Assembly: GCA_946965045.2 (NCBI GenBank)
Contig: OX337229.1
Coordinates: 2,108,001-2,172,000, forward strand
DNA from: Epithemia pelagica
Taxonomy: Eukaryota; Protista; Bacillariophyta
Direction: 5' to 3'
DNA length: 64,000 bases
A program made the translations under genes and the position numbers. This document shows positions 36,569 to 48,379 of this stretch, one piece after another. Under the pieces are notes generated by a model. It saw only the letters and a program-made list of their open reading frames with translations, ran no database searches and had not been told where the DNA came from. The stretch's first letter is position 1. Every line of letters begins with the position of its first letter.

Positions 36569-38307
36569 TCATTGGGTTTTCTTGGTTCCCAGATTCCGTT
36601 GCTTTTCAGCCGCTTCTTGTGCTTCTTGTTTGGAAGGAAGCAGTTGTGATAACGAAACTGTGGAACACATCCACAAAGCAACGACTCCAAAGGAGAGCCT
36701 ACCGAGGCCACGAAGACTTGTCCATCCCACGGCCGTCAACCCGGATAATCTGTTCCGTCACAAAGCAAAAACAGACAACAAAAGAAAAAGCAAAACCACG
36801 TGAGACGATACACATATCAGGAAAACGTCCTTGGGAATGAGCGTACGTACATTAAAGACATGCCAGATTTTCCAAATCGGGATCCAAACACGCCGAGAAT
36901 TTCTTTTCCTAGATAGCGACTTTCAAAGTCCAATGGCTGATACACCATGTTGTAAACCACTGTTCGGATCGAGTAGTCCGTGACCTTGGCAATAAACATG
37001 GCCGTAGCCACTAGTGTAAGGCTCAAGTCCGCTTGAAGCAGCTGCAAGAAGCAGACCGTCAAGGGAAAGAGTGGCATGACTCGCCAGATCCATCGTGGTT
37101 CGGCATATTTCATAAAGGAGGGCAAGACCAGAAACTGCAAAACAGCGGCAACCCCATTGACATAGGAGTAAAACTGACCCGTGTAGGCCGACCGTGCCAC
37201 GTCGTCGGAAATCGCCGCCTTGAGGGCTGTAATAAAGGCAACGCCCAGAATTGTATTGAGAGACTGCCACGAGAGGACTTCCACAAACAGGGCTTTGAGT
37301 GTGGGAACCCTTTGAAACAAATCCAACGCTTGCCGAATGCGACCAACTTTAGCTGTGCTCGATTCCATGGTCTCTTTTTCTTTTTGTTTGCTCAACTGTT
37401 TGGCTTTCATTTGTGCTTTGGGATCAAAGTTGTATCGTTCTCCCAAAGCATATGCTTCATCTCCCGAAATCAGACAGAGCGACAAGGTCAAACATGTGCA
37501 TGCCATTAGTCCGTAGAGTCCTGTAAATGGAAGGAGATAAGGGACAAGTCCACCAAATAAACTGCATACGATACTAGTAAATCCTCCCAAAAATGCAAAC
37601 CATCTGGAGCCTTCGTCGGGTGTCAGGACCGAGCCAACAAAGGACCAATATTGTGTGTAGAGCAGATACTGATAACTGTTTTGAAACAAAAACGTCAGTC
37701 CAATCAAGGACTGACTCACAATTCGAGGCATTCCCGTCGTTTTACAGAGCCACAGGGACAAGGCGGCGGCTCCGATGAAAACAATGGAAAACAATGTGGT
37801 GTTCCGTAAGGCGACACGAGGTCCTTTGGCATCGAGCTGCTGGCCATATCCCCACAAGAGAATCAAGGAAAATGGACTCACGCAAGCGTTTGCCAAAGGA
37901 AATGCGGCGGAAGAGGAAAAGCCATATTCCGACGAGGTGAAGAGGCCCAGACACGAGTTGCGAAAGAATTCGTATCCACCAAAATGCAGTGCCATGGCAC
38001 TGGCCATGAACACCACAGCACGATATCGAGGTTGTGCTAGTCTCGTCACTGTCTCGGACAACTTGGATCTATCCTTGTCGTCTTTTGTTGTGTCAGTAGA
38101 TTGGTGCTCGGAGAGGCTTGGACTGTCGTCCTTATTGTCGGTAGAGTCGCTCATGGCCGATCGCAGTCGCGAGGCCTGATGGGCAATGGCCGGAAGGGCA
38201 AGCGAGGAAGTCAAAGGAAGCACTACGTGTGACGACAAGGAGGTTTGCTGGAGGAAACCCAAGGCTGACGGTGGTACACCACTCATTGACCCCACCGTAT
38301 GAAGCAT
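36569..38307 (-). CDS. TLC/AAA-family nucleotide carrier-like membrane protein (NTT-like)
   Basis: About 12 transmembrane segments; YWSFVGSVLTPDEGSRWF and KVTDYSIR..MVYQPLDFESRYLGK..VFGSRFGKSG resemble TLC-family motifs. Intron 36850-36750 (GTACGT..CAG) adds a final TM exon ending at TGA 36569. Start uncertain. Confidence 0.7.
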
Positions 38308-38701
38308 AGGATGATCCGCATGTAATGGTGGTCGGCACACACATGTACAGTGGCTGATGGCTGATGGCGCTGGCCCTAAACGACGTCTAATGAAAAAGAT
38401 GAACTCCGACGGACGTCAGACCTGTTCCGATTCGTGATTCAATGGAGAACAAGGACTATACAATACCTAGCGGTAAAAGCATTTTGTGTTCAGTCGTGTG
38501 GACGCCGTCATTGCTGGACGGTGATGCGGTGGCGGTGGCGCACGAAGATCGACGTGTGTTCTTGTTCGTTTTCGACTCTCGACAATGTTCCGGATGCGGA
38601 CCGATTCGACACATCCAAGAAAGCAACGGATGACCTTGGCATAACTTATTCCCTCTACCATATCCTATACCATTGATCCACCCAGAACAGAATTCAAGGC
38701 A

Positions 38702-39397
38702 ATGATTACGTTACATCATCTTGAGAATTCCCAGTCATTTCGCATTGTCTGGCTCCTGGAAGAGCTGGAGATGCCGTATGAGTTGAAGATTTACCAACGA
38801 ACCGAGGAGCAACTTGCACCTCCGGAATACAAGGCCATTTCTCCTCTGGGAACGTCTCCCACCATTACCGTGGCCGATAGCAATCTGGCTCTGAGTGAAA
38901 GCAATGCCATTATGGAGTACATTCTGGATGAAGCCCAACATTCGGGAACCGACAAGAATCTCCGACCAAGTCCTGGTTCACCCGAACGAGTCGACTTTTT
39001 GTTTTGGTTCCACACATCGGCGGCAACCTTCCAGACTCTCATGTCCATAGATACGCTTTTCCAGATTCTTCCCAAGCGTGTTCCTTGTCCCATTAATTCG
39101 ATTCTACGGGTTGTGGCTTCCAAAGTCGATGAATCCTACATTCGACCACGATTGGATGCCGTGTTCAAGCTGGCGGAAGAAAAACTGTCGACCGACCCGT
39201 TTTTGGCCGGAAGTCACTTGACGGCAGCCGATATAACAATCATTTATTCGTTCGATGCGGCCTTTGCCCGCATTGCCGATCTGAAATCAACCTACCCATT
39301 TTGTTACAAATGGCTAGGACGAATGTTGGAACGTCCAGCACTGAAAAATGCCTTGAAAAAGATTGGACAAGACTCTATTTCGTTCAAGGATTTCTAG
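38702..39397 (+). CDS. Glutathione S-transferase, GTT1-like class
   Basis: MITLHHLENSQSFRIVWLLEEL..YEL..LAPPEYKAISPLGTSPTI..LSESNAIMEY and FLAGSHLTAADI. Confidence 0.9.
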   Translation: MITLHHLENSQSFRIVWLLEELEMPYELKIYQRTEEQLAPPEYKAISPLGTSPTITVADSNLALSESNAIMEYILDEAQHSGTDKNLRPSPGSPERVDFLFWFHTSAATFQTLMSIDTLFQILPKRVPCPINSILRVVASKVDESYIRPRLDAVFKLAEEKLSTDPFLAGSHLTAADITIIYSFDAAFARIADLKSTYPFCYKWLGRMLERPALKNALKKIGQDSISFKDF

Positions 39398-39652
39398 TGT
39401 ATTTTGTGTGTAACATGTTATGGAATTTCGATTGTACTGTCAACTTTGCCATCTCGATTCTCGATACAAAATCTGCTCACAATGTCGTAGGCAGAGAAAA
39501 GTAGTTTGAACTCCAACGTTCCGTTCGGAATAACCGTGAATCTCCCAGGTCTTGTTGCGCTATGACAAAGCGAAAGGACATACCTTTCATACGACAAGAC
39601 TATGGCAGACAGAAGTGATTGCTGGTCCTATATAGGACTCTTTGTCCGTGTC

Positions 39653-40387
39653 TCAAAATGCCATGGTCGAAATCTGTTCCACCGTTGCGGTCATGACGAC
39701 ACCCAGGAGAATGAGGGCCGTGGCCGCCAACACTGGATTGTCCCCCGAGTTCCATTTGGCTTGTTTCAAAACGGGTAAGGCTGGTTCTTTTTGACGACCC
39801 GCCACGGCAGGCCCCTTGTTGAGCCAATCGGAAAACAACCATCGTTCCAAGGCACGATCCTTCTTCTTGACAGCAGTGGACGACTCGACTCCCTCCAGGC
39901 TGTCTGTCGTGCCATGAATGCTGTCCGTCGCATTGGAACTCACAGTTAGATTGGTAGTCGGCAGTGCCGTCGCAGCAGAGTCTTGGAGTTCGTCCAAATA
40001 GTCTTTGAGAGGACCACGTTTCTTGTCGAGCGCCAGATTGGTACGAGACACGGGAACGACTTGATAGGCCCACACCCACACGGCCAACGCGGTCAATAGG
40101 ACAATGACTCCAAACCCAATCAACACGGTGGGTTCCGGAAGCACGGGTTCAAAGGTTGTCGCTGGCGTCGTCGTCGTCATGGAGCTATCTGTCCACATGC
40201 TGCTACCGTCCACTGGCGAACCACTCACAACATCTGCTGCCTCCTCTACCACTGGACGACCCATCCATGCATCCTCCTTCGACGCGAAACCACGAGCCGT
40301 TGTTCGACGATGGATCGGCAAGTATTGTCGTCGTGGAGCTTGGAACCCACACCTGGTACAGGTAGACGACCACGGTGCCATTGTCAT
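39653..40387 (-). CDS. Uncharacterised membrane protein with two predicted TM helices
   Basis: 244-codon ORF with an R/S/T-rich N-terminus and two hydrophobic helices (VLIGFGVIVLLTALAVWVWA; PVLAATALILLGVVMTATV). No family recognised. Confidence 0.65.
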   Translation of the reverse strand: MTMAPWSSTCTRCGFQAPRRQYLPIHRRTTARGFASKEDAWMGRPVVEEAADVVSGSPVDGSSMWTDSSMTTTTPATTFEPVLPEPTVLIGFGVIVLLTALAVWVWAYQVVPVSRTNLALDKKRGPLKDYLDELQDSAATALPTTNLTVSSNATDSIHGTTDSLEGVESSTAVKKKDRALERWLFSDWLNKGPAVAGRQKEPALPVLKQAKWNSGDNPVLAATALILLGVVMTATVEQISTMAF

Positions 40388-40530
40388 TCTTTCACCACTC
40401 TTTCATCTAATATAACATAATAATCTATTGGATAGTTCATTCATCTTTCATCTGTTGACTTGCGACATTGATTACGCTAATGAATCTCTTCTGACTTCTG
40501 ACTCAAAAATCAACAAAAGATGAGCGATGG

Positions 40531-40553
40531 TGACGTCTGACGTCATTTGACGC
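40531..40553. promoter_or_regulatory. Cluster of three TGACG (CRE/CCRE-like, bZIP-type) elements in a bidirectional promoter
   Basis: TGACGT at 40531-40536, perfect palindrome TGACGTCA at 40538-40545 and TGACGC at 40548-40553, between divergent ATGs at 40387 and 40784. Confidence 0.6.
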
Positions 40554-40783
40554 GGCAAACGGACAGATCTTCCATCAAAATGATGTGTGTGTGTGTGGTG
40601 TTCGTGTGGTTCGTGAGTTTTTTTGAGTGGATGTGGAAGGTTTTCTCTGGTGCCAGCTGTCAAACCAGACGAAGACTTCTTGTAACGCTCTCCATATCGC
40701 CTTCGCGGCAATCGAGCAATCTCTTTCTATCGCTGTTTGATCGATAGACCACCAGATAGAGGAAGATCAAGACATCTTGACCT

Positions 40784-42403
40784 ATGTCCGCAACCATGTG
40801 GACGAATTTTACAAGGAAGCGTTGCTCTACCGGGGGGCTGTTGTTGCTTCTTGTTTGGACCGCACAGTGGTGGTCTGCTGCCCATGCGTTGATTCCCTGG
40901 AGTCCAACGACTTTCTCACAACGTCCGGCAGTCTTTCCTAGTAGACCAACCACGACATGCATGCCTTTTCGAGTAAGCTTGCATGACCGGGGGAGGGCCC
41001 ACCGGAATTGGCGACCACAACAACATGTCGTGAGTTCCCGACGAATGGGACAGGAGGGTCGTTATTATTCGGTGGAAGAACGATATCAACCCGATCAAGA
41101 TCGAGAAGCACAAGAACCGCGAGCACGATGGATCCGATGGATGATTGGAGGCAAACCTCGGGGTACCAACAAAGTTATTTTGCGGGAAGCGGTAGAATTG
41201 GGAGGTGTTCCCCGCAGTGATCGATACTCGAGCCGCGATTGGTTGCATTCCTTTATTACCCTTCCCAATTCCAATATTTTGCAAGATATTGCCAGTCCTG
41301 TACGAGCAATCACCCTTTGGGCTACCGTCTTGTCGTTGGTACACCATTTTGGACTAAAAGCGCAGGCCTCCTGGGTTTCGTACTTGTATTTGCCCTCTAC
41401 AGCGCCCCATTCCCTCATGATGTCCGCCTTGGGTTTGCTCTTGGTCTTTCGAACGAATTCGGCCTATCAACGGTTTGCGGAAGGACGAAAAATTTGGGAA
41501 GACATTGTCAATACATCGCGTGATTTGTATCGTATGATGATGCTCTATGAAACGGAAATTGGAATGGACAAGCGACGACGGTTGCAAAAACTATTGGCTG
41601 CCTTTCCCTATCTCTTGCGTCATCGCATTCGTCCCAATCTCGTCATGAAACCTTTGGACGACCAATTCGACCGTGACCCGGAACATACCATCTTGTTGTA
41701 TCAAGATCAAGGTCCAACAGACGATGACGAAAAGGCGGCAGCCCTGGCACAAACAGAAGAAGATTCCACGCACATGAGTTTTAGCGACGGTCGACTCCCC
41801 CTTTTTTGGGTGGATAAGCGGACCTTGCCATGGCGATTGTTGCCATCCGATGGTGCCTTGGAAAAATGTGCACGAGCTCAAAACCGACCATTGTGGGTCT
41901 GCGATCGCATGGCACAAGAACTACGGACCGTACCGGATGGTCCACAATTCACCAATCGAGAACGATTAGGGTTGATTGGTCATGTGGATAAACTGTCGCG
42001 ATGTATTGGTGGCGCAGAGCGGATTCATCAAACGGTCGTTCCCTTGAATTATGCTCGACATACCCTCCGTGCGTTGACCGTGTGGTTGTTTTCCTTGCCC
42101 TTTGTGCTGGTCAAGGACTTGAAATTGTTGACGGCTCCGGTCTTGTTTGTCATGTCATGGATGCTCTTTGGTGTCTTTGAAGTGTCCTGTGCCATTGAGG
42201 ATCCATTTCAAGGAACTCTGCGCTTGTCGATATTATGCGATTCCATTAGAAGGGACGTTTTGGGTGATGAACCCATTCGATCGACGGCCTTTCGCTTGGA
42301 AGAACGACGACGAGCGGCGGCGGCGGCAAGTGATTCGTCCGCCGTCCATCGGAACGGAGGTGACAATTCACCGAGCGGAGGACTCGACACCACCTTTGAG
42401 TAA
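40784..42403 (+). CDS. Bestrophin-like anion channel (UPF0187/YneE/VCCN type), probably plastid-targeted
   Basis: LGLLLVFRTNSAYQRF.EGRKIW, ERIHQTVVPLNYARH and FGVFEVSCAIEDPF. Bipartite presequence (LLLLLVWTAQWWSAAHA-L plus an S/T/R-rich transit region). Confidence 0.9.
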   Translation: MSATMWTNFTRKRCSTGGLLLLLVWTAQWWSAAHALIPWSPTTFSQRPAVFPSRPTTTCMPFRVSLHDRGRAHRNWRPQQHVVSSRRMGQEGRYYSVEERYQPDQDREAQEPRARWIRWMIGGKPRGTNKVILREAVELGGVPRSDRYSSRDWLHSFITLPNSNILQDIASPVRAITLWATVLSLVHHFGLKAQASWVSYLYLPSTAPHSLMMSALGLLLVFRTNSAYQRFAEGRKIWEDIVNTSRDLYRMMMLYETEIGMDKRRRLQKLLAAFPYLLRHRIRPNLVMKPLDDQFDRDPEHTILLYQDQGPTDDDEKAAALAQTEEDSTHMSFSDGRLPLFWVDKRTLPWRLLPSDGALEKCARAQNRPLWVCDRMAQELRTVPDGPQFTNRERLGLIGHVDKLSRCIGGAERIHQTVVPLNYARHTLRALTVWLFSLPFVLVKDLKLLTAPVLFVMSWMLFGVFEVSCAIEDPFQGTLRLSILCDSIRRDVLGDEPIRSTAFRLEERRRAAAAASDSSAVHRNGGDNSPSGGLDTTFE

Positions 42404-42548
42404 GAAGCAAGGAAGATTTTCTGTAAATAGCAGTGGGAACATATGTACATAACGACGAATTAGATATTATAGACATGAATGTTCTAGAGGAATTATTGTC
42501 GAAGGGTGTACATCCATGCCAAACACTGCGGCATTTGAGAGATAGACT

Positions 42549-44073
42549 TTACTTTGCATACTCTTTCTGCAACAATTTGGCTATGGTTTGTAGCTGGATG
42601 TTTGATGTCTGACTCGAAAAAACGAATGATGACTGTGAGTTTAAAGAATATTCCTCAAAGCTTTTTCATTCCGCCAATGTTACAACGTACCCCTTCGTAG
42701 ATTGACCCAACTTTGCAATCGCGATAAAATTTCTCTGCGAGCAAGTCCTTGGTAAATCCAATTCCTCCCAACCATTCAATCGTTTTCTGTATATAGCAAG
42801 AAGAACGGTAACACGTGAGAAAAGACGCATTTCTTCAAGTACGGGAACCACTCTAAACACAACGTACACTGGCCACTGCTTCTGCCACTTGACTGGAGTA
42901 TAACTTGGCCATGCTTGCTTCCTTGACAAAGGTTTGTTTGTTTTCTTTGAGACGACACGCATTGTAGGTGAGGAGGGATGCGGCTTCAATCTGTGTCGCT
43001 AATTGTGCGTATTGATGTTGCATGCCTTGAAAGTCTCCAATGGGCTGTCCAAATTGCTGCCGTTCTTGGAGGTATGGCATGGCAATATCCATGCACCCTT
43101 TGGCAATCCCGATTTGCTGGGCGGCAATACCAATGCGACCTTCATTGAGAATCTCAATACAGTACTTGTACCCCTTCCCCTCCTCGCCCAAACGATCGTG
43201 GACTAGGACTTTGACATTTTCCAGCGTAATGGGACAGGTCGAAGACGCACGCAAACCCAGTTTGGATTCAGGAGAACCCACAGTAACGCCAGGAGTTTGG
43301 GCATCCACCATAAAGGCGGTAATGCCCTTGTACCCAGCCGATGGATTGGCATTGGCAAAAATGAGAAAAACTCCTGCCTGTTGTGCATTGGATATCCACA
43401 GTTTCGATCCATTAATGGTATAAAAGTCTTCTCCCTCCCGTCGGTGAGCCGTCGTTTTCATGGCAAATGCATCCGTCCCACTACCTGCTTCGGAAAGGCA
43501 GAAGGAACTCACTGTATCACTGGCAAGACGAGGCAACCATCGTTCTTGTAAATCCATGGAACCCCAGAACCGAACGGCATTGTTGGTCAAGGTATTGTGA
43601 ATGTCCACCAAGATTGCTACGGACGGATCGACACGTGATATTTCTTCCACCACCAAGCATGCCGTCATGAAGGACATGGCACTCCCACCATAGTCTTCTG
43701 GGATTTCCATTCCCATAAAGCCTTGATCGAATAAGGACTGTAAAATATCGGGACGCAACTGACCTTGGTCGTCCATTTCTCGAACAATGGGAAGAAGATC
43801 CTGTCGAGCCCAGCTTCGTACAGTTTCCTGGACGAGTCGTTCATCTTCATCAAACATTGTCAATGGAAGATGTGTTGTTGTGGAATCATCGCTCGTAAAA
43901 GTAGTAGCCGCAGTTGATAGGGAACAAGAACGAATCGGAGAATGTAAAAGCCGCCGCCCTGCAATACAATCCACCAGCGGTTTCGACTTGACGACAACGC
44001 GGACTCGTGAACCATCGGATATAATCGATTGAGCGATACGCCTCCCAGTTGTCATCGACATTGTGGTTGCCAT
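42549..44073 (-). CDS. ACADSB: Short/branched-chain acyl-CoA dehydrogenase, mitochondrial
   Basis: Exons 44073-42868, 42786-42691 and 42608-42549. [32 protein letters not shown]; splicing rebuilds [30 protein letters not shown]. Arg/Ser-rich presequence. Confidence 0.93.
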
Positions 44074-44668
44074 GGTTCAAGTGTGCGAAAGGCGAATCAA
44101 ATTGGGGAAACAGCCTTTTGGAATGTGTCGTCGAGTTCTCGTCAACAACAAATGGGATGGAAGATTGTTGTCATCATCATTGTGTAGAATTCTTGATGTG
44201 TTGACGACGAGGTAGACACCATCTGTTGTCTTTTCTTCCATCGATTTTTTTGTGGTCGCTCTTTAGTCCCGCCACCTTTGATAAGCGTGCCGTAAGTAGT
44301 CCCGTGGGAACGCTCCCCGGGTTATTGTCTCAAGTTATGGACAAATGGACTTATGTCTTGTAAAATGTACTTTTTGTGCAAGTTTCTAAGATAGATTCAA
44401 TCATCTGATAAAGGATTACAAGGCTATATGATACCATACTAAACTGTCTGTATTCCTACGAGTACGACACAGAGTTATCGTTTCTTGCATTCCATCACTT
44501 TTCCATCATCGACACAATTGCCCAATCCGTGTGTTCAAAGCACAGGGAAAATAGATGATGCGGATACTGACCAATGCAACAAAGATGGGAGGGCACAGGG
44601 GTTGGACCAACACATGGTCTCTCTTCTGGACATGTGCACACACCACAATAAAACCACAAATGTGTACT

Positions 44669-46717
44669 TTATCCTTCTGTTCTTGGTTGTCCTTCCTCCT
44701 CCTCGGCATCATAGTCATGATTTGCAAAAGGAGGCATGGAAAGCTCATCATGGTGCTCCTCACTTTGGATATCGTCTTCGTCGTCCGGCATGTCCTCGTC
44801 GTCAAAAATGATTCTATCGTATTGATTGGAATCGGACTGGAACAAATCTTCAATCTCTTCCAACGAGAGTCCTTTTGTTTCGGGAAGGGCATAATACAGC
44901 CAAAACAATCCAAACAAGGCGACGAGGGCATAGAGCCAAAAGGCTCCATAGGCAGTCAACACTTGTGGACTACTAATGGACAGGAATGTAGCGGCCACCA
45001 CCAAATTCCCAATCCAATTCGTTGCCGTCGAACAACTGACCGCCAAACTGCGATACCTTAGAGGATAAATTTCGGAAGTAATGGTCCAGGGAATGCCACC
45101 CATACCAATGCCAAAGGCAAGCAGGTACGCCACCATGAAGAAGACGGAAAGATTGCCGGTTGGATTTTGACAGGTATTGTACACCCACTCCGAGTCGTTG
45201 GGGCACATGTTCCAATCCAACGGACCCGTCTCATCTCCAGCTGTACAGTGGCCTCCGCAAAAGCCACATCCCTTGATCTGCGTACAGTCGTAGCAAAAAC
45301 TCGTGAGACCATCCCAAACCAGGGCTGGTTCCGATTGACACTCTCCATAAGCCTTGATCACAGGTTCCGAAAGAACCCTGGCCAGATAGAACGAAAACCC
45401 CAAGCCCAACAGGCTCACGGTGACAGCAGACAATGACATGAGCACCAGTCGACGGCGTCCTGTTCGGTCGACCATATAAATCGACAGTCCAATCCCAACA
45501 ACCTGAGCCAACGCCGTAAATCCAGAGAGCCAAACTGCTGTATTTTCGTCAAATTGGCTCATCTCATAGATACTGGCCGCGTAGTACATGACCGTGTTGA
45601 TTCCACAAAACTGTTGTACAGCCATGAGACCGCAACCCAATATTAGTGCACGTCGTGTCGGTGCGTGGCAAATCATTCCAGTAAAGCGTTCCATAAAACT
45701 CTCTTCCACAATGACATCATTCCCATCCCTGGATTGTCCCAGAGGGTCTTCGACACCATCTTCATCGGAGGGGGACAAACCAATGTCTGTTTCACTATCA
45801 CTGCTATCTTCCAAGTTGTGTTCCGTTTCGTGAGTCACCGCAATCGACTGTCGAATCTCCTCCATTTCTTGCTTGGCCAATTCGTCCGCATCTCGAAGTC
45901 CTTGAAGGACCGCCGTGGCTTCGTCGTTGCGCCCTTTCATGGCCAACCATCTCGGAGATTCCGGCAGCGACATGAAGCCACACAGCATCACCACCGCAGG
46001 AACGGCAGCCAATCCCAGCATGTACCTCCAGCCATGATGAGGCATGATTTCGTCAAAGACACCGTCCACCATGCCCGCAAAAAATTGTCCAAACGTAACG
46101 AGGAATGCATTGACCGTCACCAACGTCCCTCGCATTTCGGGCACGGCAACCTCGGCAATGTACATGGGCGCCGTCAAGGACGTGATCCCAATGCCAATTC
46201 CCACAATGACGCGTCCCAACACCAAGACGGAATAATCCCAAGCCACAAACAGAACCAGAGAACCCATCACAAAGGTACAGGCGGAAAATATAATGCATTT
46301 TCGTCGTCCCCAAGCATTGTTGAGGCTCCCTCCAACGGCAGAACTGCAAAATGCCGCCAAGACTGTAACCGAAACGACAATTTCTTGTTCCGCCGGCGTC
46401 AGTGAAAAGGCTCGTCTCATGGCCGGCATGGCACCCGAAATGACACCCGTATCGTATCCAAACAAAAAGCCACCAATGGCAGCCATCCCAGTAAGAAATC
46501 TCATTTTGCGAACAACTTGTTCCGATCGTACACGTCGAATGCCTTCGGACGCCCAACCGTGATAGTTCCCATCATTGCTCCGTGATGACATTTGGACGGC
46601 TCCCCCTTCCAGAATTTGATTGCGACGTTCTTCCGAAGCCTTTTGATCATCGTGCTCTTGGGCCTCTTTGGCAGACAACCGCTTCCAACCTCCATTCAAA
46701 TCTCTTCGAAGAGGCAT
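44669..46717 (-). CDS. MFS sugar porter, inositol/H+ symporter (INT/HMIT type)
   Basis: [43 protein letters not shown] and the Cys-rich luminal loop [13 protein letters not shown] typical of HMIT/INT. First ATG at 46717. Confidence 0.92.
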   Translation of the reverse strand: MPLRRDLNGGWKRLSAKEAQEHDDQKASEERRNQILEGGAVQMSSRSNDGNYHGWASEGIRRVRSEQVVRKMRFLTGMAAIGGFLFGYDTGVISGAMPAMRRAFSLTPAEQEIVVSVTVLAAFCSSAVGGSLNNAWGRRKCIIFSACTFVMGSLVLFVAWDYSVLVLGRVIVGIGIGITSLTAPMYIAEVAVPEMRGTLVTVNAFLVTFGQFFAGMVDGVFDEIMPHHGWRYMLGLAAVPAVVMLCGFMSLPESPRWLAMKGRNDEATAVLQGLRDADELAKQEMEEIRQSIAVTHETEHNLEDSSDSETDIGLSPSDEDGVEDPLGQSRDGNDVIVEESFMERFTGMICHAPTRRALILGCGLMAVQQFCGINTVMYYAASIYEMSQFDENTAVWLSGFTALAQVVGIGLSIYMVDRTGRRRLVLMSLSAVTVSLLGLGFSFYLARVLSEPVIKAYGECQSEPALVWDGLTSFCYDCTQIKGCGFCGGHCTAGDETGPLDWNMCPNDSEWVYNTCQNPTGNLSVFFMVAYLLAFGIGMGGIPWTITSEIYPLRYRSLAVSCSTATNWIGNLVVAATFLSISSPQVLTAYGAFWLYALVALFGLFWLYYALPETKGLSLEEIEDLFQSDSNQYDRIIFDDEDMPDDEDDIQSEEHHDELSMPPFANHDYDAEEEEGQPRTEG

Positions 46718-47233
46718 GGTCTGTCGGATAGGGATAGAAGCGGTGACAACAAGGGATAATGGAATATGAAATGAGGGTGTTGTCGATCGAAACTCTTGAC
46801 AAACAATGCGTGACTGCTCTAGACGCGTCTCTACGAGCATAGCAAGTGCACTGTCCTTGCCCTTGCGCGGACACACGTACACGTAAGTACGTGTTGGTGG
46901 GAGGGAAATGAGGTCGTCCCCCCGTCATCCGTGATGCCCCTGCGAAAAATTTGTGCGGGTGAAGAAATGACGAGGAACATTACTATAAGCAATAATAGTA
47001 TGCGTATAGACCCATAAAGTAGCAGGCATCACTTTACTACTTCCACGTGGAATGTTGCAGCTGCGCGGAACGCGAAGCTGCCCAATGGGAGAAGATTTCT
47101 CGGTTTGAGAAGAGAATACCCTGAAATTTGATGGCGAACAAGACGATCAAGAGAGAATCTAACGCATCTTAGAGAACTCAAGAGCTGTCCGCAAAAATAA
47201 GAGTGTGTGGAACACGATTGCTCTTCCACAACC

Positions 47234-48379
47234 ATGAAAATGATAGTTTCACTGATAGTATCCTCTTGCATTCTCAATGCACTGGTCCTCGGATCCAATG
47301 CCTTTGCTCCGCCGTCCAAGAGCGCAACAAGATACGCATCCTGTCTCCACGCCGAGGCTGCTGTCAAGACAAAAACCCTCGGTTTGTTGACCTTTGATCT
47401 CGACGACACTTTGTATCCCATTCAACCAGTCATCAACGAAGCCAATGCTGCCTTTGCGAGGGCCATGGAACAATTCGGATTCCCTGATATTCAACCCGAT
47501 GATATTAACAAGACGGGGCGAATTATTCGCGAAGAGATTTCCCAGGCCGAGGGACCAGCGGCCGCCGCCATTCTCACTCACACCGAAGTGAGAACCTTGG
47601 CCATTCGTCGCGAAATGGAAAACATTATTCTGCAGCGAAAACTCCAGGCTACTGCGGATGACTGGGCGACACCCGTTTCGGATCTCACCAACATTGTCGT
47701 GGGACATGCACGAAAATGGGCCAAGACGGCCGTGTCCGAGTCCATTGTTCAAGCAGTTTTGAATGCTTGGGAAATGGAACGACACCATGCAGCAGAACGA
47801 CACCTTTATCCTGAATGTATTGATATCTTCAAGCAAATTAAAGAGGAAAACCCGAATATTATTATTGGAGCAGTCACAGACGGACGGGCAAATCCTTTGT
47901 TGATGACCTTCACTCTGGCTCCATTCTTTGATTTCTGCATGTCATGGGAGGATGATCAAGGAAGTCGTAGTAAATTCTTCAAAGAACTGAGCTCGGTAGA
48001 AGGGAATGCCGAGCTCAAGTGGATTTACACGGCTGCCTTGGACAAATATCAGGAACTTTCTGCGGCGCAGGCTGCGCTTGGGAAAGACGCCCCACAAGAC
48101 CCAATTTGGATTCATGTCGGAGACGATTTGGCGTACGATGTAGGAGGTGCGGCACAATGTGGTGCCAAGACGATTCTTTTGGAATTGGCCGACCGCTATG
48201 GACAAACCGCACGACATCGGTTTGAAACGGAAAATCAGCCGAGTTGGTCCACCACCTCTCGCGCCGAATTGGAAAAACGTAGACTTTTGAATGAAGCGGC
48301 GACGGATAAAGTGGACAAGAAAATTGCCTTCCTTTCGAGACTTCCGGAAGCAATCAATGACATACTAAATCCGGAGTAA
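47234..48379 (+). CDS. HAD-superfamily hydrolase, plastid-targeted
   Basis: Signal peptide ending SNA-FAP (ASAFAP motif); motif I FDLDDT, AVTDG and motif IV HVGDDLAYDVGGA. Confidence 0.88.
   Translation: MKMIVSLIVSSCILNALVLGSNAFAPPSKSATRYASCLHAEAAVKTKTLGLLTFDLDDTLYPIQPVINEANAAFARAMEQFGFPDIQPDDINKTGRIIREEISQAEGPAAAAILTHTEVRTLAIRREMENIILQRKLQATADDWATPVSDLTNIVVGHARKWAKTAVSESIVQAVLNAWEMERHHAAERHLYPECIDIFKQIKEENPNIIIGAVTDGRANPLLMTFTLAPFFDFCMSWEDDQGSRSKFFKELSSVEGNAELKWIYTAALDKYQELSAAQAALGKDAPQDPIWIHVGDDLAYDVGGAAQCGAKTILLELADRYGQTARHRFETENQPSWSTTSRAELEKRRLLNEAATDKVDKKIAFLSRLPEAINDILNPE

Noticed and set aside
38382-38418. GACGTC and ACGTCA between the NTT-like gene and the GTT1-like GST
   Set aside because: Only one full CCRE-like hexamer, which is common by chance; far weaker than the 40531 cluster.
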